DNA of 64,000 nt from Candidatus Zhuqueibacterota bacterium (lineage in GTDB: Bacteria; Zhuqueibacterota; Zhuqueibacteria; Zhuqueibacterales; Geothermadaptataceae): assembly GCA_015491485.1 (NCBI GenBank), contig WFVT01000099.1, forward strand, positions 1,147 through 65,146. The letters run 5' to 3'. How positions within the stretch are numbered: position 1 is the stretch's first letter; every line of letters begins with the position of its first letter. A model generated the notes under the pieces. That model made no database searches. It was not told where the DNA came from and worked only from the letters and a program-made list of their open reading frames with translations. The translations under genes and the position numbers were made by a program. Positions 26,115-35,452 of this stretch are shown here, piece by piece.

Positions 26115-26888
26115 TCACGCTCCAAGAAGTCGTAAAATCACCGCCACGCTTTCACGCAGGTCGGCCAATAGATGTTGAATGATCACCACAAAAACGGGGG
26201 ATACAATGATCATGGTAATCAATCCGATGGAAATGGTCAGCGGGAAGCCAACGATAAACACATTCATTTGCGGCACCATACGCGCGAGCATCGCCAGCGA
26301 GACATTGGTCATGAAAATCGTCACCAGCACCGGCGCACTCATTTGAATTGCAATCACGAAAATGCCGGCACTCAGCTTAGCTACATAAGCCACCAGTCCG
26401 GACGACAACGTGGCATCCACCAGCGGCACCAGTTGGAACGATTTTACCAGAGCCTCGAGAAGCAAAAAATGGCCGTCCAACAGCAGAAAAAACATGATGG
26501 CAAAGAGCCACTGAAATGTGCCGATAATGGAAATCTGTTCGCGGGTGTCCGGCGCGATGGTGGTCACCATGGAAAAACCCATCAAAAAGCTGATGATTTG
26601 TCCGCTGAACCGAACACCCCAAAAAATGAACTGCGCAACAAAGCCCAGAATCATGCCGACAATCACTTCCTTGCCCGCCAGAAGCGCATAATCCAAAACC
26701 GTCGAGCTGGATACGGCCGGTGGCGCGACATTGGGAAAAACCAGAAACGAGATCACCAGGGCCGCTGCCACCCGCATCGGCATGGGGAATCCCTGATGTC
26801 CAAAAAACGGCGCTACCATCCAAAAACTCAGGATGCGCGCCAACACCAGGAAAAAGGTCTCGGCTTTTACTAAAAAGAGATCAAGCAT
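26115..26888 (-). CDS. fliR: Flagellar export apparatus protein FliR
   Basis: Polytopic membrane protein at the expected position. ATG 26888 (MLDLFLVKAETFFLVLARI) is preferred over the track start. Confidence 0.9.
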   Translation of the reverse strand: MLDLFLVKAETFFLVLARILSFWMVAPFFGHQGFPMPMRVAAALVISFLVFPNVAPPAVSSSTVLDYALLAGKEVIVGMILGFVAQFIFWGVRFSGQIISFLMGFSMVTTIAPDTREQISIIGTFQWLFAIMFFLLLDGHFLLLEALVKSFQLVPLVDATLSSGLVAYVAKLSAGIFVIAIQMSAPVLVTIFMTNVSLAMLARMVPQMNVFIVGFPLTISIGLITMIIVSPVFVVIIQHLLADLRESVAVILRLLGA

Positions 26889-26953
26889 TGGAAGATAAGA
26901 TGGCCGCTCACAGCGTTCGATCAACGGATTGGGGTAAATTACGTGATTGGAAA

Positions 26954-26969
26954 AGCAATGGATATGCCA
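26954..26969 (-). promoter_or_regulatory. Internal sigma-54-type promoter upstream of fliR
   Basis: Minus strand reads TGGCAT-ATCCA-TTGCT, about 65 nt upstream of the fliR ATG. 15/15 identical to the flgF promoter core. Confidence 0.65.
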
Positions 26970-27335
26970 AAAACAGGGGAATCAATTGATGTTTCAGTAA
27001 CAGTCTAACTCATTGTTTATCATGCATCTGTACATTATTAAAAAATGAGATACAAAACCGAAGACATGGGCGGGAATCAGATGCTGGGCAAAGATTGCCG
27101 CGGGCGGGTCAAGGCTGCCTATTGCAACCGGCTCCATCTTTGGTTGAATCGGCGAAAAGCGAAAATTCTTGACTAAAAATCAACGCCGAAGTGGAAGGTT
27201 ATAATCTCTCTGAATGGATGATGCGGCAGGAACCCATAACCGCCCCATCACCGGTTGCATCCAGCACCGGCTTGAATAGAGCGGCTCAGGTTGGCGGCGA
27301 CCGCCACACGACCGCAACCGGAAATTCGGTTTCGG

Positions 27336-27602
27336 TTAATGAAGCGTGCCAATCAGGTTGAAAATCTCGCGGGTAAAATCGAGGATGGTGTTCAGCATCC
27401 AGGGAAGAAAGAGCGCCAAAACCAGCGCCACCACCAGAATCTTCGGAATAAAGGTAAGCGTCATTTCCTGAATCTGTGTCACAGCCTGAAAAATCCCGAT
27501 CAATAAGCCGGTGATTAACCCCAGAACCAAAATCGGTCCGGCGACCATGAGGCCGGTCCACAACGCATTTTTCATCAGTGAAAGTACCAATTCCTGAGTC
27601 AT
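27336..27602 (-). CDS. fliQ: Flagellar export apparatus protein FliQ
   Basis: 88 aa. GPILVLGLITGLLIGIFQAVTQIQEMTLTFIPKI is canonical FliQ. Confidence 0.95.
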   Translation of the reverse strand: MTQELVLSLMKNALWTGLMVAGPILVLGLITGLLIGIFQAVTQIQEMTLTFIPKILVVALVLALFLPWMLNTILDFTREIFNLIGTLH

Positions 27603-27611
27603 GTTTTCTCC

Positions 27612-28379
27612 TTACCGGATACTGTCAATCACGGATCCAACGACCAGATACCAGCCGTCCACCAGCACGAACAGCAGCAGTTTGAAAGGCAACGAAATCA
27701 TAATCGGCGGCAGCATGAGCATGCCCATGGACATCAGAACCGAAGCGACAATCATATCGATCATCAAAAACGGAATATACAGCAAAAAGCCGATTTGAAA
27801 AGCCAGTCGAAGTTCCGAAATGATAAACGCCGGGATCAGCACATGGGTCGGCACATCATCGACGGTCTGGGGCCTCGGTACTTCGGCCAGGCGCACGAAT
27901 AGGGCGAGATCTTTTTCCCGTGTCTGCTTGAACATGAATTCCCGCAGCGGTGCTATTCCCTTTTCCAACGCTTCGCGGCCCGATATTTCTTCGTTGATGT
28001 ACGGCTGAAAAGCCTCCTGGTTGATCCGATCGAACACCGGCTGCATCACAAAGAATGTCAGAAACAGTGACAGTCCGATCATCATTTGATTGGGCGGCAT
28101 TTGCTGCAGACCCAGCGCCTGTTTCAGGAAACTTAACACGATCACAATGCGCGTAAACGAAGTCATCATGATCAGAATTGAAGGCGCCAGAGAAAGGACC
28201 GTAAACAGAAACAGCAACTCCAGTCCCAAAGCCACATCGCGGGGAGTCCCGCTGTTGTCAAGAGTAATGGAAACGCGGGGTGTCGGCTGCTGCGTCTGCG
28301 TCCAGCCGGTAGCGGCAAAAAACAGCATCATCGCCAGCAACAGCACGAAACCTGCGCTGCTTTTTTTAAACGGCATCAT
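27612..28379 (-). CDS. fliP: Flagellar export apparatus protein FliP
   Basis: LSLAPSILIMMTSFTRIVIVLSFLKQALG ... LLFVLVDGW are canonical FliP motifs. Confidence 0.95.
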   Translation of the reverse strand: MMPFKKSSAGFVLLLAMMLFFAATGWTQTQQPTPRVSITLDNSGTPRDVALGLELLFLFTVLSLAPSILIMMTSFTRIVIVLSFLKQALGLQQMPPNQMMIGLSLFLTFFVMQPVFDRINQEAFQPYINEEISGREALEKGIAPLREFMFKQTREKDLALFVRLAEVPRPQTVDDVPTHVLIPAFIISELRLAFQIGFLLYIPFLMIDMIVASVLMSMGMLMLPPIMISLPFKLLLFVLVDGWYLVVGSVIDSIR

Positions 28380-28394
28380 GTTTCTCGAAAATCG

Positions 28395-28865
28395 TTATTG
28401 ATGAAATCGCTGCAAGTATTGTTGAAAGGCCGATTGCTGATCCGTGCGCGAGCCGGTGGCAAGACGTTCGAGGGTTTGCGGATCGGAAATTTCAGCCAGA
28501 ACATTCATCTGCTGGTCGGTCACGCCCAAAATCAATATACGATCGATGGCTCGCACCACAAGAATCCGGCTTTTGCTGGTAACGAAAGCCGAATCCAGAA
28601 TTTGAATCCACTGCTGTTTCGATTGCAAAAATCGTCCGTTGAGGAATCGTTTGCCCAACCAGGCGAATCCAATCATCAGGGCGAAAATGGCAACTAGAGC
28701 AAAGAAAAATTTGCCGTAGCTCACTCCGGGCTGGAAAGCCGGTTTTTCGGAAAGCGATTTGCCCGCCATATTCGCCGGATCAATCAACGTGTATGTCACC
28801 AGTCCGGCCAGGCCCATCACCCCGACCAGAAACCAGGCCAGGGCTTTTTTCCATTTGGTTTTCAT
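28395..28865 (-). CDS. fliO: FliO-like flagellar biosynthesis protein
   Basis: Membrane anchor plus SRILVVRAIDRILILGVTDQQMNVLAEI, a FliO-type motif. Position upstream of fliP. Confidence 0.75.
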   Translation of the reverse strand: MKTKWKKALAWFLVGVMGLAGLVTYTLIDPANMAGKSLSEKPAFQPGVSYGKFFFALVAIFALMIGFAWLGKRFLNGRFLQSKQQWIQILDSAFVTSKSRILVVRAIDRILILGVTDQQMNVLAEISDPQTLERLATGSRTDQQSAFQQYLQRFHQ

Positions 28866-29785
28866 GATTCACCAAGGCTTTTAATACGATCTGCCGGTTT
28901 CAGCAGGTTTGTGATTCGCACGCCGAAATGATCATCCACGACCACCACCTCGCCTTCGGCTAACTTTTTATCGTTGACATAAATATCCACCGGATCACCG
29001 GCGAGTTTTTCCAGTTCGATAATGGAGCCGCGGGCCAATTCCAGAATCTCCCGGATGGGCTTTTTCGTCCGCCCCAGCTCCACGACCAAATCCAGCTTAA
29101 GATCATACAGGACCTCGATAGAGCCGATATGGTCATCATCGCCGATTTCTTCTGAAAGATTGCCGAAGTTGACCTTTTCGACATCGATGGCTCCGGTGTT
29201 CAGACCGGCGGATGCAGCCGTGTCGATATCATCAACCGTGGTCACGTCAATGTTTGCGGCTTCCGCCATTTCCTGCCAGAACGGCGAACACAGCCGGTGA
29301 ACCTCGTACTGATTGTCGCCCAACTTGAGGGTATAGATTGCCCAGAGCTCATCGGCCTGTACGGCGTCTTCTTGTAGCTCCCGGGTTTCCGCATTGACCT
29401 GTCCGAAAGCGGGCGGCTGTCCGAGTTTCTCTTCAAAGAACTGAGTTGCGGCGACATTCCAGTTCTCAAAAATGACATCCAGTGAATCCAGGGCTTCATT
29501 CTGAACGGTTACCTGCGCCAGGAAAGCATTGGCATCTTCATCACGCATGAAAAATACATTCCGGCCGTTTTGCGCATTCCACTCCACATCCGATTGCAGC
29601 CATTGCACCGGGCCGTTTAACTTTTGAACCACTTCCGCCGGATCGGCCGTTTTGATTTCTTGCAGCTCCATCTCAATGGAGAGCATGGCATCGTTTGCCA
29701 GCATCGATTTGAAGCTATCGATAATGGCCGTTTCGACTTGATAAAGCGCGTTCAAAGTCTCTTCTTGAATCGTCGAATCCGTCAT
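28862..29785 (-). CDS. fliN: C-ring protein FliN with an extended N-terminal domain (FliY-like)
   Basis: C-terminal SpoA domain (LDLVVELGRTKKPIREILELARGSIIELEKLAGDPVDIYVNDKKLAEGEVVVVDDHFGVRI). The ~200 aa N-terminal region contains DVIFENWN, which fits the D-x3-E-x2-N half of a CheC-type motif. Confidence 0.88.
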   Translation of the reverse strand: MTDSTIQEETLNALYQVETAIIDSFKSMLANDAMLSIEMELQEIKTADPAEVVQKLNGPVQWLQSDVEWNAQNGRNVFFMRDEDANAFLAQVTVQNEALDSLDVIFENWNVAATQFFEEKLGQPPAFGQVNAETRELQEDAVQADELWAIYTLKLGDNQYEVHRLCSPFWQEMAEAANIDVTTVDDIDTAASAGLNTGAIDVEKVNFGNLSEEIGDDDHIGSIEVLYDLKLDLVVELGRTKKPIREILELARGSIIELEKLAGDPVDIYVNDKKLAEGEVVVVDDHFGVRITNLLKPADRIKSLGES

Positions 29786-29812
29786 CGGTTTACTCCTTTT
29801 GCAGCCGCTCCG

Positions 29813-30808
29813 CTAATCCAGAATTTCTACTCGCTCTTTTTCCACCTGGACGATCTTCACCGCCACCCGATCCCGGTGAATACCGGGCCTGCCGCGAAAC
29901 CGTTCGATATTGTTCACCAGAATGGGCAAATCGTCGGTAATCCGGGTATCCAGTTTAATTACGTCGCCGATTTCCAATTCCACCAGTTCGCGCAAACTGA
30001 TTTGCTTCCGTCCCAACTCCACATGCACCGGGATATTGGCGCGCACAATGCGTGAACTGATAACCTGTTTATCGTCCGGCGCCTTCTTGATGCGCGACCG
30101 CACCATCTGCTGCGACGTCATCTTCGGCAGCACTTCCTCGAGCACTTGAAATGGAAAACAGAGGTTCAAAAAGCCCGTCGTTTCCTGTACATTGACTTCC
30201 AGAGAAAGCGAAATAACCATTTCTTCGAGCGGGGCAATCTGAATAAAGCTCGGGCGGCTCTGGTATAATTCAATGCTTGAATCCAAAGGAATCACCTGCT
30301 CCCAGGCTGTATTCAATGCCGTTGAAAACTGTTCGGCCACTTTCTCGATGACTTTCTGTTCAATCAAAGTCATTTCCCGAATCTTGTCCAGGCTGCTTCC
30401 CTCACCGCCGAACAGGCGATCCACTATAAAGAACACCAGCGGCAGAGTGATTTCCAGGATGGCTTCACCATGCAGATTTTCCAGCCTCAAAATGTAAATA
30501 CAACTCGGGTCGCTCATCGAAAGCATGAATTCGGAATAGGTCACCTGATCCACGGCGATGAGCTTGGCATCCACCAGCGTGCGCAGCCGCGTGGTAAGAT
30601 AGGACTCCACCAGCTTGGCAAAACGCTCGTGAATCATCTGCAGGATACGCAGATGTTCTTTGGAGACAATTTTGGGATGGCGGAAATCATAAACGCTGAC
30701 CTGCTTGTTTTTCTGCGTCGAGGTCTCTAAAACCTCTTCAAGCTGGTCACCCGATTCTATATCCGATAGTAGCGCATCAATTTCACTCTGTGATAAAATC
30801 TCTGCCAT
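29813..30808 (-). CDS. fliM: C-ring protein FliM
   Basis: MAEILSQSEIDALL (CheY-P binding motif) and a typical FliM body. Confidence 0.95.
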   Translation of the reverse strand: MAEILSQSEIDALLSDIESGDQLEEVLETSTQKNKQVSVYDFRHPKIVSKEHLRILQMIHERFAKLVESYLTTRLRTLVDAKLIAVDQVTYSEFMLSMSDPSCIYILRLENLHGEAILEITLPLVFFIVDRLFGGEGSSLDKIREMTLIEQKVIEKVAEQFSTALNTAWEQVIPLDSSIELYQSRPSFIQIAPLEEMVISLSLEVNVQETTGFLNLCFPFQVLEEVLPKMTSQQMVRSRIKKAPDDKQVISSRIVRANIPVHVELGRKQISLRELVELEIGDVIKLDTRITDDLPILVNNIERFRGRPGIHRDRVAVKIVQVEKERVEILD

Positions 30809-30823
30809 GCCCGCTCCACACCA

Positions 30824-31348
30824 TTATTGCATGATGAAGTTGGAAAAATAGACTCTTTTGATCTTTCCCTTTTTCAATATAGCATTGCACTTCTCAAGGA
30901 TTTCCTGTTTCAAGGCTTCCCGATCCTCGGGGCCATCCAGCTCGGGGATGGTTTTGGACGCCAGCACATTGATCAGAACATCGCGGATTTGCACTTCCTT
31001 CTCTGTCAATTCCTGCTCCAACTCAGGGGTGGTGTATTCCAGAGCAATGGTGCTGTTCAGAAACCGCGCCCCGGAGGTGCCGGCGGGATTGATGATGACG
31101 TCTTCCACCACGAACAATTTGGCGGGCCCTTCCTCTTCTTCTTCCTTCACCTCTGGTTCCTCGATCTGCTCCGCTGCCTGCGGCACTTTCACCAACTTGG
31201 AAATCAAAAAATAAGCCACTCCGGTTTGCACCACCATCAGCGGCAAACCGATCATCAAAACGGTTTTCATCACCCCGCCGGATTTCGGCTTACTTTCTTT
31301 CTCTTCCTCTTCTTCTTTATTTTTCTTGTCCTTGTCCTTTTCCGCCAT
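30824..31348 (-). CDS. fliL: Flagellar basal-body-associated protein FliL
   Basis: Single TM and FliL C-terminal pattern (RVYFSNFIMQ). ATG 31348 with SD AAGGGAG is preferred over the GTG at 31357. Confidence 0.85.
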   Translation of the reverse strand: MAEKDKDKKNKEEEEEKESKPKSGGVMKTVLMIGLPLMVVQTGVAYFLISKLVKVPQAAEQIEEPEVKEEEEEGPAKLFVVEDVIINPAGTSGARFLNSTIALEYTTPELEQELTEKEVQIRDVLINVLASKTIPELDGPEDREALKQEILEKCNAILKKGKIKRVYFSNFIMQ

Positions 31349-32138
31349 GAGATTCACTCCCTTCTGATTTCTGGATCACGCGAGTTTCCGGTAGTTTAAA
31401 TTTTTGCTGAAATGCTTCGAGAGGCATCTCCCAATCGGAATTGTTTTTATCGACTTCCAGATAAATTTCAACCCGCCGGTTCTTTGCTCGATTTTCCGGT
31501 GATGTATTTGGCACCAGAGGTCGCGTATCGGCATAGCCCACACACGAGAGGCGGCTCCGCGGAATACCGACGTTTTCAAAGTAGTGCAGGACGCTGATGG
31601 CTCGCATGGCGGACAGTTCCCAGTTGCTGGGGAATTCCCGGGTTTTTATCGGTAAGTCGTCGGTATGGCCTTCAATGCGAAGCACACCGTCCACCTTGCG
31701 AGCAATTTTGGCAATTTCCAACAGAACGGGAAAGACAGAAGGCTTTAAGTTCGCTTTTCCCAGATCGAAGAGAATCTGGTTTTGCAGCGTAAATTTTATC
31801 GCCTGGGGCAACTCCTCAATTTTGACCGCGTCTTTGAATTCCTCCGTCTCCATGAGCGCTTTCAGCCGCTCCATTTCCGGCTTGACCATGGCCAACATTT
31901 TAATATTGAGCAGCATGTTTTTAATGGGGGAAAGCATGATGGTGGAACGTTTGGACGTCAGAACGCCCAGCGCGCCTTTCAAAGAGCCGATCGCCTTTTG
32001 AAATTCCACTTCCTGGATGGATGAAAAAGAAACGATCAGGATAAAAAAGGTGAGCAGCAGAGACATCAAATCTCCAAAAGTGGTCATCCATCCCGGGGCG
32101 CCGCCGGAACAATCACACTTTTGTTTCTTTTCCGCCAT
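31317..32138 (-). CDS. motB: Stator protein MotB (OmpA-like C-terminus)
   Basis: GAPGWMTTFGDLMSLLLTFFILI plug/TM with the conserved Asp. OmpA-like C-terminus (GHTDDLPI ... NRRVEI). Confidence 0.93.
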   Translation of the reverse strand: MAEKKQKCDCSGGAPGWMTTFGDLMSLLLTFFILIVSFSSIQEVEFQKAIGSLKGALGVLTSKRSTIMLSPIKNMLLNIKMLAMVKPEMERLKALMETEEFKDAVKIEELPQAIKFTLQNQILFDLGKANLKPSVFPVLLEIAKIARKVDGVLRIEGHTDDLPIKTREFPSNWELSAMRAISVLHYFENVGIPRSRLSCVGYADTRPLVPNTSPENRAKNRRVEIYLEVDKNNSDWEMPLEAFQQKFKLPETRVIQKSEGSESHGGKGQGQEK

Positions 32139-32911
32139 CAGCCTTCCTCTTTCCTCACAGTGGCGCGCAATTTCGGTGCAATGAAAGAGATCAGTTTCTG
32201 CTCGACCAGCCGCGGATTGTCACCGCTTTGCATGGCCAAAATGCCTTCCATCATCAGCTCGCGAATCAGCACTTCCTGGCTGGAGCGCACCTTCAATTTT
32301 CCGGCGATGGGGATAAAAACCAGGTTTGCCAACACAGCACCGTAAAATGTGGTGATCATCGCCACCGCCATTGCCGGACCGATCGAAGACGGATCCTCCA
32401 TGGAACCAAGCATCAGAATGAGACCGATCAGCGTCCCGATCATTCCGAACGCAGGGGCAAATGCGCCCATGGCATCGAAAATCCCTGCACCGGTATCGTG
32501 CCTTTCCTGCAAATAGGCAATTTCCGTGCTAAGAATGCTGCGCATCAGATCGGGCTCAGTGCCGTCCACAGCCAGCTGCAATCCCTGTTTCAGGAAGGGA
32601 TCGGTAATGTTGTTCATTTCTTTTTCCAGAAACAGAATCCCTTCGCGCCGCGCCATTTCGGCGAAATGCACCAACTGCTTGATCGTTTCACCGGGCGGCG
32701 GCGCTTTATAGAGCAGGGCATTCTTCAGCACGCCTACGATGCCCAGAACCTCGCTCAATGGATAGTTGATAAAAGTAGCGGCGATGGTGCCGCCGAAGAC
32801 AATGAACGCCGAACCCGGGTCCCAGAAAGCGGTGAGAGGACCGTTCGCTGTAATGGACAAAATAATTGCTGCCAGCCCGAGTACGAATCCGATGATCGTT
32901 GCGATGTCCAT
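32138..32911 (-). CDS. motA: Stator protein MotA
   Basis: 257 aa with a four-TM MotA/TolQ/ExbB pattern (AFAPAFGMIGTLIGLILML ... TTFYGAVLANLVFIPIAGKL). Confidence 0.93.
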   Translation of the reverse strand: MDIATIIGFVLGLAAIILSITANGPLTAFWDPGSAFIVFGGTIAATFINYPLSEVLGIVGVLKNALLYKAPPPGETIKQLVHFAEMARREGILFLEKEMNNITDPFLKQGLQLAVDGTEPDLMRSILSTEIAYLQERHDTGAGIFDAMGAFAPAFGMIGTLIGLILMLGSMEDPSSIGPAMAVAMITTFYGAVLANLVFIPIAGKLKVRSSQEVLIRELMMEGILAMQSGDNPRLVEQKLISFIAPKLRATVRKEEG

Positions 32912-32923
32912 CGTCTTTACTTC

Positions 32924-33148
32924 CTAATTTTTGAATGAAATATCATCCAGATCGTCCGAGAAATTATTGGAACGGAGGCGACGACGATACTGATACACTT
33001 TTTTCAGCACCTCATCCACCCCCTCCCGAACCACGTATTTCGACTTCGTTGTCAGCGTGATAATGGTGTCGGGGGCGGCTTCAATGGTTTCGATGAGCTC
33101 AGCGTTAATGATAATTTCTGAGCCATTCAGGCGCGTTACCTGTATCAA
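32924..33148 (-). CDS. flbD: Flagellar protein FlbD
   Basis: MIQVTRLNGSEIIINAELIETIEAAPDTIITLTTKSKYVVRE is typical FlbD. TTG start with a GAGGTG SD. Confidence 0.88.
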   Translation of the reverse strand: MIQVTRLNGSEIIINAELIETIEAAPDTIITLTTKSKYVVREGVDEVLKKVYQYRRRLRSNNFSDDLDDISFKN

Positions 33149-33350
33149 TGTTTCACCTCACTAATATATCGAACCAATACAAGAATTATTGATAGGAGGC
33201 GGCGCTGTCCAATCGTCGGAAGCCTATTTCGGGGCATGGATGCCGGAAACCGGCAAGCCCTGCAGCGCGCACCGGGCCTATGAAGCTTCCCACCATCCAG
33301 TGCCGGAAAAGCGGCAATTGGAAACAGCGCCACCTCCATGCTAATTAGGA

Positions 33351-35393
33351 TTACCGTTTCAAATTGACCAGCTCGGTTAACATCTCATCGCTGGTGGTAA
33401 TCACCCGGCTGTTCGCCTGAAAACCACGCTGCGCGATGATCATGTTGGTAAATTCCTGCGCGAGATCCACATTGGACATCTCCAGCGTACCGGGAATGAT
33501 TTCAGCCTGGATGCTCTCTCCGGCCTGTCCGATAATAGCGACGCCGGAGTTTCCAGACGGCAGGTAGGCGTTTCCGCCAACGCGAACCAGACCGCCGGGA
33601 TTGTTGAAAGTAGCCAGACTGATCTGCGCCAGCGTTTTGGTCACCCCGTTGCTAAAGACGCCCGTGATTTTTCCACTGCGATCAATCGAAATATTTTCGA
33701 GATCGCCGTTGCCGTAGCCGTCCTGAGACCGGGCCACTGCGGTGGATGCCGAGGCAAACTGGGTGATGCCGTCAAAACTACCCAGAGTACCGACATCAAG
33801 GGTGATATCCATGATATCGGCGCCATTATTGGGATCGATCTTGAGCGTTGTCAATCCGTTATCAAAGGTAAAGGAATTCAGAGAACCATCGGAATTAAAG
33901 GTGATTTTTCCGCTGCTTCCGCTGGAAATAATTTCGTTGCCATTGGTGGAAGCCGTCCAGGTCCACTGATTGCGTACGGGCGTTTTCTTAAACGTCAGCG
34001 TAATGACATGCTCTTCGCCCAGAGCGTCGAACACCGTAATGCTCGCGCTATGGACCACATCTTTCGCTTCCTGCTCCACCACAAAGCTCATGGCGGTATT
34101 GAATGTCGTTTTTGAAGCCACGCGAAGCGCCACCGACGAAATGGCGTTGTCTTCACCGGGGTCTCCCTGAATTTTAATGGAACCGTCGGCATCGATGGTC
34201 ACGCCCGGCAGGCTTTCAATGCCCAAAATCGTATTCAGTTCCTGGGTCAAATCTTCCAGTGTCATGGTGCTGGTGACCGTGATGGAACCGGACTTGCTTT
34301 CGCCGCCGACCACCGCAGAAACATCGATCACATCCCCTGCCGCGAGTCCCATGGACGTTCCGATGGAATTCCGCAAATTGATGAGGAGCTCATCTTCTTT
34401 GGCGTAACGGGAGAATTGATCGGTCTTGGTGGTGATGTTGTTGCTGCTGTCCACTTCTCCATTGGCGGCGGCAAAGGCCGTTTGCAACACCGGGTTGTTG
34501 CTCGTGAATTTCAATGTGTGCGGCGATCCGGACGTATCCGTCATCACGATGGCGCCTTCGGAATCCAGGTCGGCGCGGAAGGATGTGGCGGCAAAGTCAT
34601 TGTTGATTTCGGCAATAAGATCATCCAGAGAATTAAACTGACCATTGCCGACGCTGCCGTCCTTGCTGACATAAGTATATGTTTTTTCAGTCGTGCCATC
34701 ATTAACGGTAATGGTAGATACTCCCGGCACCAGTCCGGTGATATACGAATTCGCCTGCCCGTTGGCGTACAGCCCGTTCGCGTCGGAATCATCTCCCGCT
34801 TTTTCCACGGCCAGGATCACGCCGGTATCCAGAATACTGGGGATGGGCACCTGACTGCCGTCGAGATTTCCGGTGAATTCAATTTTTGTCGTCGCACGCG
34901 CCGGGGCTTTCTGACCAAACGGCAACACGATATCCTCGATGACGGAACTGGACGGAATATTTCCGGTGTCATCCGCCATCTTTCCCTGCACCACCCAGCC
35001 ACTTGCCGGATCCACCAGGCGACCGTCCGAATCAAAGCTAAAGGCGCCGGCCCGGGTGTAGTAGCGGGTCTTTCCGGAGCGCAGGATGAAAAATCCGCTG
35101 CCATCGATGGCCAGATCGGTGATTTTGCCCGTGGTCTCCAGGTTACCCTGGGAAAATAACGTATCAATCGTGGCGACTCCCATTCCCAGGCCGATCTGGA
35201 TGGGATCCGTACCGCCCTGGGTTGCGGTGGGCCGGGTGGCGCCCCGCAGGGTCAGCGCCAACAATTCTTTGAAATTGACACGCCCCGCCTTGAACCCCAC
35301 CGTATTGACGTTGGCGATGTTGTTACCGATCACATCCATTCGAATCTGATTGTTGCGCAAGCCGGAAACTCCGGCAAACAGTGAGCGCATCAT
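33351..35393 (-). CDS. flgE: Flagellar hook protein FlgE (long form, ~680 aa)
   Basis: MMRSLFAGVSGLRNNQIRMDVIGNNIANVNTVGFK at ATG 35393 with SD AAGGAGGT. Conserved C-terminus (NMIIAQRGFQANSRVITTSDEML). The 41 aa track N-terminal extension is rejected. Confidence 0.93.
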   Translation of the reverse strand: MMRSLFAGVSGLRNNQIRMDVIGNNIANVNTVGFKAGRVNFKELLALTLRGATRPTATQGGTDPIQIGLGMGVATIDTLFSQGNLETTGKITDLAIDGSGFFILRSGKTRYYTRAGAFSFDSDGRLVDPASGWVVQGKMADDTGNIPSSSVIEDIVLPFGQKAPARATTKIEFTGNLDGSQVPIPSILDTGVILAVEKAGDDSDANGLYANGQANSYITGLVPGVSTITVNDGTTEKTYTYVSKDGSVGNGQFNSLDDLIAEINNDFAATSFRADLDSEGAIVMTDTSGSPHTLKFTSNNPVLQTAFAAANGEVDSSNNITTKTDQFSRYAKEDELLINLRNSIGTSMGLAAGDVIDVSAVVGGESKSGSITVTSTMTLEDLTQELNTILGIESLPGVTIDADGSIKIQGDPGEDNAISSVALRVASKTTFNTAMSFVVEQEAKDVVHSASITVFDALGEEHVITLTFKKTPVRNQWTWTASTNGNEIISSGSSGKITFNSDGSLNSFTFDNGLTTLKIDPNNGADIMDITLDVGTLGSFDGITQFASASTAVARSQDGYGNGDLENISIDRSGKITGVFSNGVTKTLAQISLATFNNPGGLVRVGGNAYLPSGNSGVAIIGQAGESIQAEIIPGTLEMSNVDLAQEFTNMIIAQRGFQANSRVITTSDEMLTELVNLKR

Positions 35394-35423
35394 AGCACTA
35401 ACCTCCTTGAGTTTGTTTGTTCC

Positions 35424-35452
35424 GGACTCAATGTACCGCCTGTCCTGAGTCC
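35424..35452 (-). promoter_or_regulatory. Leader hairpin with GGA in its loop upstream of the flgE SD (candidate CsrA site)
   Basis: Minus strand reads GGACTCA-GGACAGGCGGTACAT-TGAGTCC (7 bp stem, 15 nt loop starting with GGA), about 15 nt upstream of the AAGGAGG SD. Confidence 0.3.

Noticed and set aside
27169-27205. Plus-strand TTGACT ... TATAAT in the fliQ-fliR gap.
   Set aside because: The spacer is 25 nt (optimum 17), so it is unlikely to work as a sigma-70 promoter. No plus-strand gene follows.
33145-33339. 64 aa minus-strand ORF between flgE and flbD.
   Set aside because: It overlaps the flbD ribosome-binding region, is Arg/Pro/Ala-rich, and has no SD or motif. Probably a chance ORF in the intergenic region.
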